NCBI GenBank assembly: GCA_001643675.2
Contig: LSRY02000024.1
Coordinates: 868,001 to 932,000, forward strand
Source of the DNA: Monocercomonoides exilis PA203
Lineage: Eukaryota > Protista > Preaxostyla
Length of the DNA stretch: 64,000 nucleotides
Direction of reading: 5' to 3'
Below, in pieces: positions 36,101-46,200 of the stretch. Within the stretch, counting starts at the first letter, position 1; every line of letters begins with the position of its first letter. A program made the position numbers and the translations under genes. A model generated the notes under the pieces. That model searched no databases and was not told where the DNA came from. It worked only from the letters and a program-made list of their open reading frames with translations.

Positions 36101-38120
36101 GAACAGATGATGGGGAAACATGTAAATTATCAAAAGGTGCTCCAAGCTGCGAAATAGTCTGAGGTGCATTGGAATTATTAACTGAAAAGTTTTTCAATTG
36201 AGTGGAAGCGCTTGACTGAACAGGTTCAACAGAAACAATATTCATTTCTGGCTGGTTCGATTTCATTTGCAATGAGCCTTTGAAATTTGAGGAGGCATTC
36301 AATTGTTGTTCAGAAGAATTCTGTTGTGTTTGTTGTAATTGAGGAATTGTCATAGCTGAATTAGCAGCAACTGGAGTTTGCTGCTGACTGCTGCGTATTT
36401 GTTCACTGGTTGTTTGTTCTGACTCATTGAAATTAGATGAGAGATTAAGCATCAATGAAGAAGGGTTATTTGAAGAGACAGCATTTGTTGGTGTAGAAAT
36501 TGGAGTGTTAAGGTGAGAAGATAGTGAAGAATGCATTTGATTAGAAAGAGAGAGAGAAGAAGGTGCTTGTTGAGTGTTCGAGTTTATTATGCGCGTTGGA
36601 GAATGAAGAGATGGCAAGGGCTGCTGGACTGTTGACGAGGAGTTGGTGGATGAAAGCGGAGAAGAAGACAAGAAAGAAGGAAGTGCGTTCAAAGAAGAGA
36701 AAGAAGAAGGCAGGTTTTGAGATGAAAGAGATGAAGAAAGATTTGAATTGACTGCATTTTTTTCTGAGCTTTGAGGTGATGATAGCAACGAGGCAAATGC
36801 AGAGTCTCGTTCAAAAGGCCGTGACTGAATGGATGAAATGGATGAAGTTGATGACGAGGAAGTCTTCAATGAATTCAATGAAGGTGCATCGCTGCTAATT
36901 GGTGACATGTTGCTTGGAAAAGAAGAAGAGATGGAGTTTCTCTGAAGATCAGAAGGCACAGCTGGTGAATCTGCAAGCAATGCAGAACCTGTTTGTGTTA
37001 TAACCAAAGGAAAATTCCTGGAAGCATTGAAAGATTCTGTTTGATTGCTCATTTGAGAAGATGAAATTATAAATGAAGAATTACTTGCAGAAACGGGAGG
37101 AAAAAGTGACGAATTAGTGAAAGACTGTCTCTCTCGTGAATAATAGTCACGAGGATCAAACGACTCTTCTTCACTTTTATTTGCTTGCTTTTCAGAAGCT
37201 GCAACTGGATGCAGAAAAGGTGTAACAGGCTTAACAGATTCTGTTGAGGAATTAAGAGACTCATAAGCTTTTTCAGAATTTGTTAAATCGGAAGTCTTGT
37301 TCTGCTCCTGACTCCTGGACGATGGAAGAACAGAGGCAGACGATCTTTCAAAAACAGAAAACGATGATCGACCTACAAAAGGATGAGGAGAAGACGAAAA
37401 TGGTGGAGGAGTCGATGAATTGTGATAAAGAGTCGAAGCTGATGATCCCTCGATTGTTGTTTTTGGACGTTGCATTAATGACGAATTTTCATTTCCAGCA
37501 AATTTTTCATATGGCTCAAGCGGATGATGTTCAAATTTTTTGTTTTTATCCGAAAATTCAAAATTGACATCAGACTTCCGTTCAACTGGCTGAAACGATG
37601 AATTGATAGGTTGCAATTGACTTTTGTTGTAATCTTCATTTCCTTTATTTCCTTTTTCTCTTGATCGAAGAAATCTTTTATATTCAAGCCAATCTTCAAA
37701 TGAAACTTGATCAGATTCAGGAATTGGTATCGAATTAGTTTTTTTCATATCTTGAGGAAATTTATCTGATGTTACGGAAGCTACAGAAGTCGTGCGAGGA
37801 ATTTGAAGCGATTGAGCATACACTGGAGGAGGAGGAACAAGAATATTTCCAGAAAGAGGGTGATTTTGAAGAATTGGAAAAGAAGATGGAAGTTTTGGAA
37901 ATATTGAAGGTGGTGGCGGTAGAAGAACAGTAGAATTTATTTTATGTTCTGTGTTAGCTTGAGTTACGCTTGATTGAATATCATTTCTTGGAGCAATAGC
38001 TGGCGATGATTGAAGTGGAGTTAAATGTAATTCTTCATGCGAATGAAAAGAAGTGAGAGGAACAAATGATTGATAACTAAATTTCGGATAACTCTCATCG
38101 GGGTCTTGACTATGAGACAT
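30138..38120 (-). CDS. 2660-aa low-complexity, largely disordered protein (Ser-rich blocks alternating with E/K/R charged helices)
   Basis: Uninterrupted 8-kb ORF with no recognisable globular domain; charged helical segments such as EEQLRREAEEREQQRIRREQE. Confidence 0.75.
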   Translation of the reverse strand: MSHSQDPDESYPKFSYQSFVPLTSFHSHEELHLTPLQSSPAIAPRNDIQSSVTQANTEHKINSTVLLPPPPSIFPKLPSSFPILQNHPLSGNILVPPPPVYAQSLQIPRTTSVASVTSDKFPQDMKKTNSIPIPESDQVSFEDWLEYKRFLRSREKGNKGNEDYNKSQLQPINSSFQPVERKSDVNFEFSDKNKKFEHHPLEPYEKFAGNENSSLMQRPKTTIEGSSASTLYHNSSTPPPFSSSPHPFVGRSSFSVFERSSASVLPSSRSQEQNKTSDLTNSEKAYESLNSSTESVKPVTPFLHPVAASEKQANKSEEESFDPRDYYSRERQSFTNSSLFPPVSASNSSFIISSSQMSNQTESFNASRNFPLVITQTGSALLADSPAVPSDLQRNSISSSFPSNMSPISSDAPSLNSLKTSSSSTSSISSIQSRPFERDSAFASLLSSPQSSEKNAVNSNLSSSLSSQNLPSSFSSLNALPSFLSSSPLSSTNSSSTVQQPLPSLHSPTRIINSNTQQAPSSLSLSNQMHSSLSSHLNTPISTPTNAVSSNNPSSLMLNLSSNFNESEQTTSEQIRSSQQQTPVAANSAMTIPQLQQTQQNSSEQQLNASSNFKGSLQMKSNQPEMNIVSVEPVQSSASTQLKNFSVNNSNAPQTISQLGAPFDNLHVSPSSVPSSSSSSSFSSSSSSSSSSSISENLSSTPTTPPNSKLLATPTAKEPSSPQSAFTSPLLRRIAQFLQEEQEKKEQRKKLVMIDTSTSPMAVSSQIASNNSSQQNSLQQQNQMNLTPSSYSNPSSSSSSSFISSNSMLQNPTSLSSSSNSYNKSYLSQNISSQPNTSSPTSTLQTTDSLVSPSTSTLQPSNYSDSYSNSNAISNSFLQRDNASSSIVQPSSLPNQSATSLSSFSSSPVSQSKLSLSHSSTHSSSSSSASASPEGSNISSSLFPNMQMKKQTNEVVSKASSYDDGELETLIAKALNKNDYSFNKSPQNDGSSASQTSLSKPSASLLSSTSSSSSSSFLSSNSNAKLSLGSSSVPLPQSNRASSNRTLNAEVEDEIAKGSVLSPPLRSSSFLVIPPPSMSPDIPDSIPSSSPSSSPPPSSSPPSSSTISSSSSSSSSSSSSSWNLLTEPYPTQQSANVSSNRSSIRQSYSDRLQYSSSIEEDENEGTGKDVLSFAKHKSPPVLESEHSPLKPPPLSPRPSLASSSSSSTTTTAAAAVAPFASSLNIPNESDSSQKQQQQQKQQMKERYHSDSYDRLLSEREIGNKQKADIKTDVFVLSNYSKYDNVNVKERENSSNSQSEDRASQLKMKPPKPPSNYAQRGKGSEIGILSDNEIRMNNIQREDKQNTESRVKFDLEENKENEDWKVYNNLSSSIEYEKVKEAERADYLNRNFHYEEDYEKSNSESNLIKSSSGTKDLQRELSISDFPLSASSAASTSVRSNVLLHRWRYEDKSGWVSNETETKEEAKAEAEAEANNRENAGLNEKEEEAARNAMLIDDVEKRLSALTDEDNDSVVTEEDDDEFNQSQQLSNDDSQIPSDENGVNASQDEEEGELIGGDLTFVRFLSSASSSSAPEHSKETGLKSKNKSHSRSKNKHSDINLYDGKENEAERDEQERNSNKMSNKKEERNSISKMKDNFVSSAVSKTPRKNIPFKKKISPEEEAKAKTKEEQLRREAEEREQQRIRREQEFEMERKRIEMELRIEKSERDKKKQKEKERKAIEGAEGDDVSETEMRKRRLKMMEKERERKKNEQNVDKLIEMEAKKMKERKSREKMEEYLMRKKEEEEKALAAASAAEAAEDEEDSTKQASHRHSEDKYGDDRYKGMLRREEREEGFEYAEETPRTKERRVRFLLNATETPRTPSRHSSRDRRSSPHRHHRKGRGRRAAFEGDESDGSGESVEEEGKANELSEDDSERRSRRKNADGSSSIVDSAQRKFRGRNDPTSPISEYRKNSSLDDDEDSELAALHQRITHYREMITNRGSSSSSSSSSSPSTSSSSSFQSPSSRRFGSTPQSHRSREEVTSSDGKRELSVSQSPTIIATPIPSTRQTPPKPPLPPSTPPRLHSSSSSSSSSSSSSSSSSSHTLLSTPRKSTSPSPSKSSRLSSSTSSSSSSSSSFTSNRTKTPPRQPHSSFSTPSSSRSLSRSSAHSSPSTPNSSRSKRSLSSSPGRGNLNSSFSPHKSTHYSAEEQIIREIDEEEQNRQAALKKEEERKKQQKLREAQRVALERAKEKRREMERKKKEEEEEEERKRNEKWKKRDEALKQWKERKDLEQMLMKMKKESEQSQQKEEEKRSIRGTPRRKLMKDDGTEQDEHKLGSFNSFSTPRRDTSVQFVSSPSSSSTESASLLRRSPSPSKRVSFALNAADGTEKRKDASAKDNRGSNIEVTNTSPSREKKEQIVVKSPPKAAINDDRFDSVLSSLQSLEGKSESSQGRKQRGENINSQDAKEERSDRLKRDIQESSYLKKTEDKSAIKSSNLNKRKSNDDSFELRDNLNSSTSSSQKRRTGTGSPLAGRSPFAASEEASNADESMEIFEVHHRSSRQPVRYSSAKAPRPPVELSLEQPSVVSSQPPSSSKLNKKLYSSSSEERAELYSAVGSVQLKPHPASPIHKSSEGRKSRTASDDSSKIFKFPSSANMDDGEMAFFAQLEKAIAIGLEEDD

Positions 38121-38340
38121 ATTTAAGGTTTGAGTTGTAAGAACTCACCTTGTTTTAAATTACTCTCAAATTTTTTTATAACTATTGTGGTAATAAATTG
38201 AAAAATTCATGAAACTTATCAAACATTATATTTGACAAAATTAAAACATAATAATAAACAAAATTTCTTATTCAAAAGACATCTTTTCAATTCGAAATTT
38301 ATTATGGCGCATTGCAAATTTAAATGCTTTGTGCGAATCA

Positions 38341-41300
38341 ATGGACACTCAATATTATATTCAAATTTTAGGAACATCTACACTAGGATCGTCGGCATCA
38401 GTGTTAGTGAATGTAAAAGAGACAAGATTTATTTTTAATGTTACTGAAGGGTTACAACGTTTTTCTACTGCTCACAATGTTCCGTTGTTTTCCACAAAAA
38501 ATTTTGTTTGCACATCGCTTGAGCCACGTTCTGTTAATGGAGTACCCGCGATAACCTTGGCTATGGATGAAATTAACATTCAGGGAGTAACTTTTTATGG
38601 ACCAACAGGACTTTCATCTTTACTCGCTTTAGACGACAGTTATTTCGGATATGATTTTAATAAGGATCTTACAATTGAATTTGGGCATAATGTTGATCCG
38701 ATGAAAATGAAAAAATCATTTCCCAGCGTTTCTTTAATCCCGTTACCGATAAAACCAAGGGCTGATGCACAAAGAAGTTTGATATTTCCCCAAACAACGA
38801 ACGGAAAAGAAATAAAAAAAGAATATCCGGAGCTTCGTATCCAAATGCTTTCTGCTTTTGGAGAGTATCACTCCTCAGAGGCAGAATTTACTCCTAAACG
38901 AGGAGCATTTCGTTCGAATCATCTTTTAGCGTGCATGAAAAATGCTACAAACGCAACGGTTGTCGACACTTTTCTCAAGACCAATTCTATGCATCGAAAG
39001 GCAGTTTCGGGCCCGCGAGCTCAGCCAGTTGAGATCGACGATGCAAAAGGATTTGAGCCAGTATGTTCAAGCGCTATGTGTTATTTGCTTGACATAAAGT
39101 CTGCAAAGGGCATGTTCAATGTCAAAAGGGCACAAGAGCTTGGAGTCACAGACAAGCGGATGTATGGCTTATTGCAACGAGGAGAAGATGTCACCACATC
39201 AGAAGGTAAGGTTGTCAAATCAAGCGACGTGATGAGTCCTTCTCAGCCATGTCCAGCTATTCTTGTTGTTGATTGCCCTTCAGAGCATTTTCTGCCATCA
39301 CTCGTAAATTCACACAGTGCACTCATCCATTCATTCACAGACGAATCTTTGGAGAGAAGCCAGCTGGGCTGTTGCTGCTATGTGCTGCATCTGACTCCTC
39401 ATCAGGTCTTCTCTTCTTTTGAGTATCAGCAATGGATAGCCAGCTTCGGCAGCCGCTTCCAACACATCGTCCTGAATGAGCTGTGCCCAGAGGTCAATCC
39501 AATGTACAGCCCACTTCGCATCCACAACACACTTTCGATGATTGATGAGAGTGTGTTTCCAATATGTCGCAATAGAAAGGTTAATTGGGCCACATTTAAT
39601 GAGCCTGATAATACAACAACAGTTTCTTTATTTTCGTTGTCTTCTTCTTCTTTTTCTTCAGAAAAGGAAAAAACAGAAAGAGAAGAAGAAGAAGCAGAGG
39701 AAGAAGCAAACACTGAAAGTGAAGATGACATTCTGTTTTTGAATGATGTTGAGTCATCTCGAAAACGGATACCTTGTTTTTATGATCCTTTCAGCAGACT
39801 GTATTTTGCAAAACTGAAACAGCTTTCTTCGTCATCATCGTTATCATCATCTTCTTCATCTTCGACATCATCATCATCATCATCAGAGCAAGCTTTGAAC
39901 TTTCCTCCCGCATTCGCTCTTTTAGCACTGCCAGATCAACGCATTGTGTTTAACAAGCAGATGCGTCCACCAAAAGAAAACGCAGAAAAATCTTCAAACA
40001 AAAAAACCGCACAAACAAAAGAGAAAAAAGGAGCCCAGCAAAACAAGAAAGAGGAAGAATCAAAAACCGAACTGAAAAAGCCCACTCCTTTCTCTTTGAT
40101 TGGCGATGGCTCAGCATCATCATTGAGTAACCTATCAAGTTCTGATTATCTGAGCAATTCATCATTCGGTTCATTTCCTTCTGCAACTCATCCAAAAAGC
40201 TTTCCAATGCAACTGAATTCGCCTCCTCTCAGTTCGCCTCCTGTCTCACCACCATCAACACCTCCTCTCTCTCCCGCTACACCTCCTCTCTCTGCCATAT
40301 CTCCAACCACCCTGAGAAGCCTCAACCTTCCTTTTTTGCATCCACAGCCGCGCCTCTCACTCGCACTCGGCCAAAGAGAGTTCTCTGTTGATATGACTGA
40401 TGCTGTCACTGAAGAGCACGGACAACCACTGACACTTCATGAGCTTCCACATTCGTTTCTCGACCGCTTCTCAGAAAGTGCTAAGCAATTTGATCCCTTT
40501 CATGCATTGAAGTGTTCATCACCTGAACCATTTGAGCCGTCAAACTCGATATGCTGTGATGTTATGCACTCATCAGCATCACCAACAACTTCTTCAAATT
40601 CATTTGCCTCTTCAGATAAAGAAAGAAAAAGTTCAGAAAAACAACTTGCTCGGATTGTTGTTCTTGGTACGAGTGCTGCTCTTCCTGGGAAGTATCGGAA
40701 CGTCTCTTCTGTTCTTGTTGACTTATCATCGCATTTAATTCACCAGCGCCACGTGCAACTTCTTAAAAATAAAGAAGATGAAAACGAAGAAGGAGAGGGA
40801 GAAGGAGAAGGAGAAACAGAGAAGTTCGACAGTTCGGCTGCAGAAGGTGATGCTGATACTTGTCATCATCTGCAGATTCCATCAGCCAGCTTCATTCCTT
40901 CTTCCATGCTTTTTGATTGCGGTGAAGGCACATACGAACAGTTGAACCGCTTCTTTGCCTCTCGTAGCATATCTGAAAGAGAAGACATACTTCTCTCCAT
41001 TCAGACAGTATTCATCAGCCACTCGCATCCTGACCATGTTTGGGGAGTGTGGAGGCTGCTGACCGAAAGAGAGCGAGTTCGGAGAAAGAGGATGCAGCAG
41101 AAACAGCTGTGGAGCACATACACCAAAGAAGAGCAAGAAGCGAAGCTAAAAGGAAACAAAGGTTCTTCCAGATTGTTCAACCCATTTGTCACGCCATTGC
41201 ATTTTCTGTCTCGCCCGCTCACAATTGTGGGCTCAATGAGGGCATTTGGCTGGTTCCGCTTCACTTCGCTGCTTTGGCCTTCTCCGTTTGTGTTTGTGTG

Positions 41301-43146
41301 GTCTGGGAACATCACCCCTGTCTATCCGATCGCACGAAGCGAGCTAAGTGCCCGTGATTCGTTCAACCAGAACAAAGAACTGGAGGAAATGCTGAGTCAT
41401 CCCTTTGTTGTCGCTGCTGATCCGGTTGTGTTTGGAAGCACAGAGAATTCAACACGGTCAGTTTCTGATGGTAAAGCCACTGCGCATTCAAAAGGATGTG
41501 AAGATGTTTGCAAGCCTTCTTCATTCTTTTCGCCAGATGTGATACGTTTGTTCAATGAAGCACAATCTCCGCTTGTGCCTCTTCTTCTCTCCAAATGGAA
41601 GCCTCATGATTTTTCCAGCCTTCCTTCATCATCATCATCTTCTTCTTCTTCATCGTCCTTTTCATCTATTGTACATCCATCTCTCATTCCAACCGTTGGA
41701 TTCGTTTCTCCCTATGTACAGATGTCAACAACACTCACGTGCTTCCTTTCGCTTTGCTCACATCTGAGATTGTCTTCGACATATTGTCCTTATGCCACTC
41801 CTGAAGACGAGCAAGAAGATGAAAATGAAGAAGAAGAAGAAGAAGAAGAAGAAGTTTCCATTAAAAAGCACAAGGCAACACACAAAAAATCTAAGTCAAC
41901 ACGAAATATGCTTCCACCATTGCTCCACAGTAAACAGACGACTGATGCAATTCTTAGCAAGCTTTCAGAGGACAGTCTATTTTATCCTCTAATTCTTCCC
42001 TTTCATCTGCCACCGCCTCCTCTTAATGTTGGAACAGTTGAATTCCCATTGTGTCTTTCTCCAGTTGTGTATTCATATCTCTCTTCTGTCGTGCTGCCTT
42101 CTCATCGTATCGTTCGGTGTGTGCTGCCAAAGACAAACCATTCAGTCAGGTTGAGCACAGGAATCGTGATGGACTGTGCTTTGGAAGACACTCCACTTCT
42201 GTTTGACAAGGAAGAAGCAGAAGATGAAATGGAGGCGATGCAGAACTGGTTCATTCAGAACTCAAAGAAGATAAAAGAGCTGTCGACAAAGACACCTCAG
42301 CCACCAGCTCGATTTGTGAATGATTCTTATTCTTCATTCTCATCATCATCTTCTTCTCCCTCTTCCTCCTCCTCTTCTTCTTCATTGTCATCAACGTCTT
42401 TGTCTATCTTCCGCATCGGATACTCAGGTGATACTCGTGTCTCTCCTTATTTCCTGTCTGAGGCGTCGTGTTGCAGTGTGCTCATTCACGAGGGAACACA
42501 TGTGCATTTAGATGAAGCGCACTCAGTGTGGAGCCAGCACAGCACAATGCCCCAGGTTCTAATCGCGATGGAGGCAGTTCATCCGCAATTGGCACTTCTG
42601 ACCCACTTTTCGCAGAGGCTGAGGAAAAACGTGTTTGTTAGAGAGCTTTTGAGCGATGTGGCGACGAAGAAGAGAGAAATGATAGAGGAAATGAAGAAGA
42701 TGGAGGAAGAGGCGTGGAAGAGGAAAGGAGGAAGCAAAAGAAAAAGTGAAAGGGAAGAGAAAGAAAATTGTGTCTCAGAAGAAGAAATGGATAGAAATGA
42801 AAGAAATGCAGATCAGCAAAACGAAGAAGAAAATGAGTTTACTTCTTTTGATGAAAAAGTAGATGCTTTTTCAATGGAAAATGCACCTTATTCTTCTCTA
42901 AACAAAAGCATTGATTTCACAATGGCCTTAGATTTCATGGCAATTCCTCTATGTTCCGCGCCTTCAACATCAACTTCCAAGGTATTCTCATATCTTCCTC
43001 CAGACAATCAACGATCTCACAAAAGAATGTTAATTCCTGTTCGAAAAGGAACACTTTATGAACCAAAGCATAGCGAAAACTACTCATCATTTTGTGATAT
43101 TTCTTCTATTTTAAGAATGGGCGCACCCAATGCATCTGAAAGATAA
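38341..43146 (+). CDS. TRZ1: tRNase Z, long form (ELAC2/Trz1)
   Basis: N-half: ILGT, FNVTEGLQR and exosite GMFNVKRAQELGV...LQRGEDV. C-half: LGTSAALPGKYRNVS, FDCGEGT, FISHSHPDH, YSGDT, LIHEGT, HST, LTHFSQR. First ATG at 38341. Confidence 0.95.
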   Translation: MDTQYYIQILGTSTLGSSASVLVNVKETRFIFNVTEGLQRFSTAHNVPLFSTKNFVCTSLEPRSVNGVPAITLAMDEINIQGVTFYGPTGLSSLLALDDSYFGYDFNKDLTIEFGHNVDPMKMKKSFPSVSLIPLPIKPRADAQRSLIFPQTTNGKEIKKEYPELRIQMLSAFGEYHSSEAEFTPKRGAFRSNHLLACMKNATNATVVDTFLKTNSMHRKAVSGPRAQPVEIDDAKGFEPVCSSAMCYLLDIKSAKGMFNVKRAQELGVTDKRMYGLLQRGEDVTTSEGKVVKSSDVMSPSQPCPAILVVDCPSEHFLPSLVNSHSALIHSFTDESLERSQLGCCCYVLHLTPHQVFSSFEYQQWIASFGSRFQHIVLNELCPEVNPMYSPLRIHNTLSMIDESVFPICRNRKVNWATFNEPDNTTTVSLFSLSSSSFSSEKEKTEREEEEAEEEANTESEDDILFLNDVESSRKRIPCFYDPFSRLYFAKLKQLSSSSSLSSSSSSSTSSSSSSEQALNFPPAFALLALPDQRIVFNKQMRPPKENAEKSSNKKTAQTKEKKGAQQNKKEEESKTELKKPTPFSLIGDGSASSLSNLSSSDYLSNSSFGSFPSATHPKSFPMQLNSPPLSSPPVSPPSTPPLSPATPPLSAISPTTLRSLNLPFLHPQPRLSLALGQREFSVDMTDAVTEEHGQPLTLHELPHSFLDRFSESAKQFDPFHALKCSSPEPFEPSNSICCDVMHSSASPTTSSNSFASSDKERKSSEKQLARIVVLGTSAALPGKYRNVSSVLVDLSSHLIHQRHVQLLKNKEDENEEGEGEGEGETEKFDSSAAEGDADTCHHLQIPSASFIPSSMLFDCGEGTYEQLNRFFASRSISEREDILLSIQTVFISHSHPDHVWGVWRLLTERERVRRKRMQQKQLWSTYTKEEQEAKLKGNKGSSRLFNPFVTPLHFLSRPLTIVGSMRAFGWFRFTSLLWPSPFVFVWSGNITPVYPIARSELSARDSFNQNKELEEMLSHPFVVAADPVVFGSTENSTRSVSDGKATAHSKGCEDVCKPSSFFSPDVIRLFNEAQSPLVPLLLSKWKPHDFSSLPSSSSSSSSSSSFSSIVHPSLIPTVGFVSPYVQMSTTLTCFLSLCSHLRLSSTYCPYATPEDEQEDENEEEEEEEEEVSIKKHKATHKKSKSTRNMLPPLLHSKQTTDAILSKLSEDSLFYPLILPFHLPPPPLNVGTVEFPLCLSPVVYSYLSSVVLPSHRIVRCVLPKTNHSVRLSTGIVMDCALEDTPLLFDKEEAEDEMEAMQNWFIQNSKKIKELSTKTPQPPARFVNDSYSSFSSSSSSPSSSSSSSSLSSTSLSIFRIGYSGDTRVSPYFLSEASCCSVLIHEGTHVHLDEAHSVWSQHSTMPQVLIAMEAVHPQLALLTHFSQRLRKNVFVRELLSDVATKKREMIEEMKKMEEEAWKRKGGSKRKSEREEKENCVSEEEMDRNERNADQQNEEENEFTSFDEKVDAFSMENAPYSSLNKSIDFTMALDFMAIPLCSAPSTSTSKVFSYLPPDNQRSHKRMLIPVRKGTLYEPKHSENYSSFCDISSILRMGAPNASER

Positions 43147-43250
43147 TATTTTTTTTTAAAAAATTTTCTAAAAAAAAAAGAAGTAAAATTTTATGATACC
43201 CATTACATAACTTTTTGTTTTCTAAAATAGCGTATTTTTCGCAATTAAGG

Positions 43251-46200
43251 ATGCATAGAATTGCTTCGCATGCATCCTTCAAAGTGCCACTAAGTTTTTT
43301 ACAATGTGGAGATTTTTTTCTTTCGAAAATTCCAATGAACATAGTTAACTTCTCAACGAATATTTCAACAGCACAGTTTTCTCTCAACGAAGAAATGTCA
43401 CTGGAATTTTGCTTTTCGCTGCAACCATACGGAATTTTTCTCTATTTTTCTGATAAAAGCAAAGCAAAGAATTATCGATGTTTCTTCCCAATCAGTGATC
43501 TTAAACAAACAGCTCTTTTTGAACCGACTCCGGAAAATTTATCATGGACTAACTTTATTAGTAGTATTGAAAATGAATCGTCTGATCGAGAAGGAAAAAT
43601 AACGATCTATTGCGTTTTGGTAATAGATTTTCAGTCTTTTTTTTTCCAACAGCAAAACATTTCAGATTTATCTGAAAGCAACCAATGGAAAGAATGTGAA
43701 GATATTTCCAATGGATCATTTCGAAAATGGGGGAGAATGGCATGCTGGCTTCCCGTTAATTTTATTGAAAATCTGTTTTCAACTTACGCTTCATCTTCAC
43801 TTTCGTTTGAAACAATTTATTCAATCACTTCCGAGCTATCGTCAAAGAATGTCATATGCAGTCGTTGCGGACTTATCGGCTTATCAGATGAAAATGGAAC
43901 CTTCGAAGCAGATCAGGAATTATATGCAAAGCATGTTTCATTACATCATGTAAAAGCACCTCCAAAATCAACAGAAATAACATTTCCTCCATTGTCTCCA
44001 TTGTTCCATTATTCTCCTTCAAAAAGAAATATAACAGCTCCTCATTCATTATTAACAGAATATCATCATCTCCTTTCATGCGCACTTTCTCCTTCTTTAC
44101 TGCTATCATTGAAATCATTATCTGATCAATCTTCATCAGCTTCATCATCAAGCAAACAATTTGATGAAGCTTCTGGTGATCCTCTTCTCTGCTCTTCTTT
44201 GTTTTCTTCTTCAGAGTCTCTCAACTCCTTCATTGATTCCACATTTCCTCTCGTCCTTTCTCAACGTTCGCCACCTCTTCCTCTTCAGTCTCCATGCCTC
44301 ATGAAGCCAAAGAGTTCCGAATCAACTGAGCCTCGCCTCCTTTCGAAGATCTGTACTCACAGCCTATCGCTTCCTGCACACACGATCACAATCGGAGCTT
44401 GGCAGATGATTGACTCACGGTTTGTTCCAGCAGACCATCTTTTTCTAAGACAGTGGGCCGAAGATGATGTGTTGCAGTGGCTTGAAACTCAGCTGCGTGT
44501 CAAATTGCCAAAAAAGCGTAAAACAATCCGAAGTGGAGTGTCAGCAGCTTCAGATGCTATTGAGCCAAACGCTTCTTCAATTGCATCACCGAATATTTCA
44601 TCTTTCAAGCCAACCTCAGTCAATCAGCACACATCGACAAATGATCCTGACTCATCATTTAACTCGATGTATTCGCATGCCCTATCGTCAAAATACTCTG
44701 CGCGAGTGTTTGTGACGTGCATTTGGGCAACGGGAGAGGAATCGGCGCTGCTGGCGACTGGGATGAAAATGGTGGAGGCACAAAAAGAGCGGGAAAAAGC
44801 AGACAGAAAAAGAAAATTGCTTGAAGATTTGGAGAGGAAAAGGCTGATGGTTAGGAAGGAATGGGTCAAACAGCAGATATCCAATGGAAAAGACAATTCC
44901 TTACAGAGCAGAATGGATGAGAAGGAGCAAGACAACCTGATGGACGAATTAAACAGAATTGAAAAACAGGAAAATGAATTGTTTGAAAAGAAGAATGAAA
45001 TTTCAAAGAGAAAAAAAATAGATCTATCATTTGAAAGTATCATGTACTGTAGAAATCCAAGTTCAAATTCCTTAAGTTCTATTGATTCGCCTTTTTATTC
45101 CAGAAGCATTGAATCAGATCTAAGCTCAGCTGCTTCGTCTTCTTCTACTGAAAAAAACGGGCAATCTGTCAAGCTGAGTGGATTTTATCTGTCTTGTGCC
45201 GAAGAAGAAGCAAGAAGTGCGCTGAGGGCATTGCAAGAAGATGCACTTGATGGAGAATATTTTCATTACAGTGAGTATGGAACATGTTCAACGAAGGATA
45301 AATATCGATATGGAAACGAAGATATGAAGGAAGATGAAGATGAGGAGGAGGAGGAGGAAGAAGATGATAATGATGATGATATGAAACGTGGAAGCATGAG
45401 CAGTATGAAAGACCATATGCGCCTTGATGACGTTAAGAATGAGATGATGTTGAAATATAATCCTTTTAACCCAAAAAGAAAAGAAAACGAAGATCTTGTT
45501 TTATCCACGTTCAATGAAGAAGTTGTTGGATGGGTGAAAATTGAACAAAATGGATCAGAAGCATCTTCAAGAAAGCAAAAAGACGAAGAAGCAAAAGAGG
45601 AAGAGAGAAAAAATGAGAAAATGAGGAATATTCAGTCTGCGCTGCAAAACTTGCTGGACAATCCTTTCACTCAGTCAGACATAGAATCTCCTGTAATTAA
45701 TGACTCGGATGTTATTCCGATTGAAAAGCCTTCACCTTCTTCGTTATCTCCATCGCTTACTCCTCTTCCCACTCCATTGCCTTCAATCTCTTCTCCACCT
45801 GTTGTTCAACTCCAAACATCTCCATCTCTTGTTCCGCCAAATATTATAACTTCACTCACAACGTCTGAATATTCTACTGATTCTGTATCGCCTTCATCTT
45901 CACCTCTTCCTCTTCTCATTCCAAGCTATTCCTCCCCCAGACTACAATCACCGTCTTCTTCCACTCCAAGTTCTCCCTCCTTGCCTTCTTCATCCTCAAC
46001 CACGCACACTTCAGTCAAATCGACATATCTTCCTGTGCTTTCGTCGTTAATCACAAACACACCTCACACAACTTGGTCATCCCCAACGCCAAATCGCAGC
46101 ATCTCCATCACTTCAACACCTGTTGCCTCTGCATCTCAAACAGAGTGGGCGAGGAACGAAGACGAAGTGCTGCGAATTCTGAATGAGAGAGAGCGACTTC

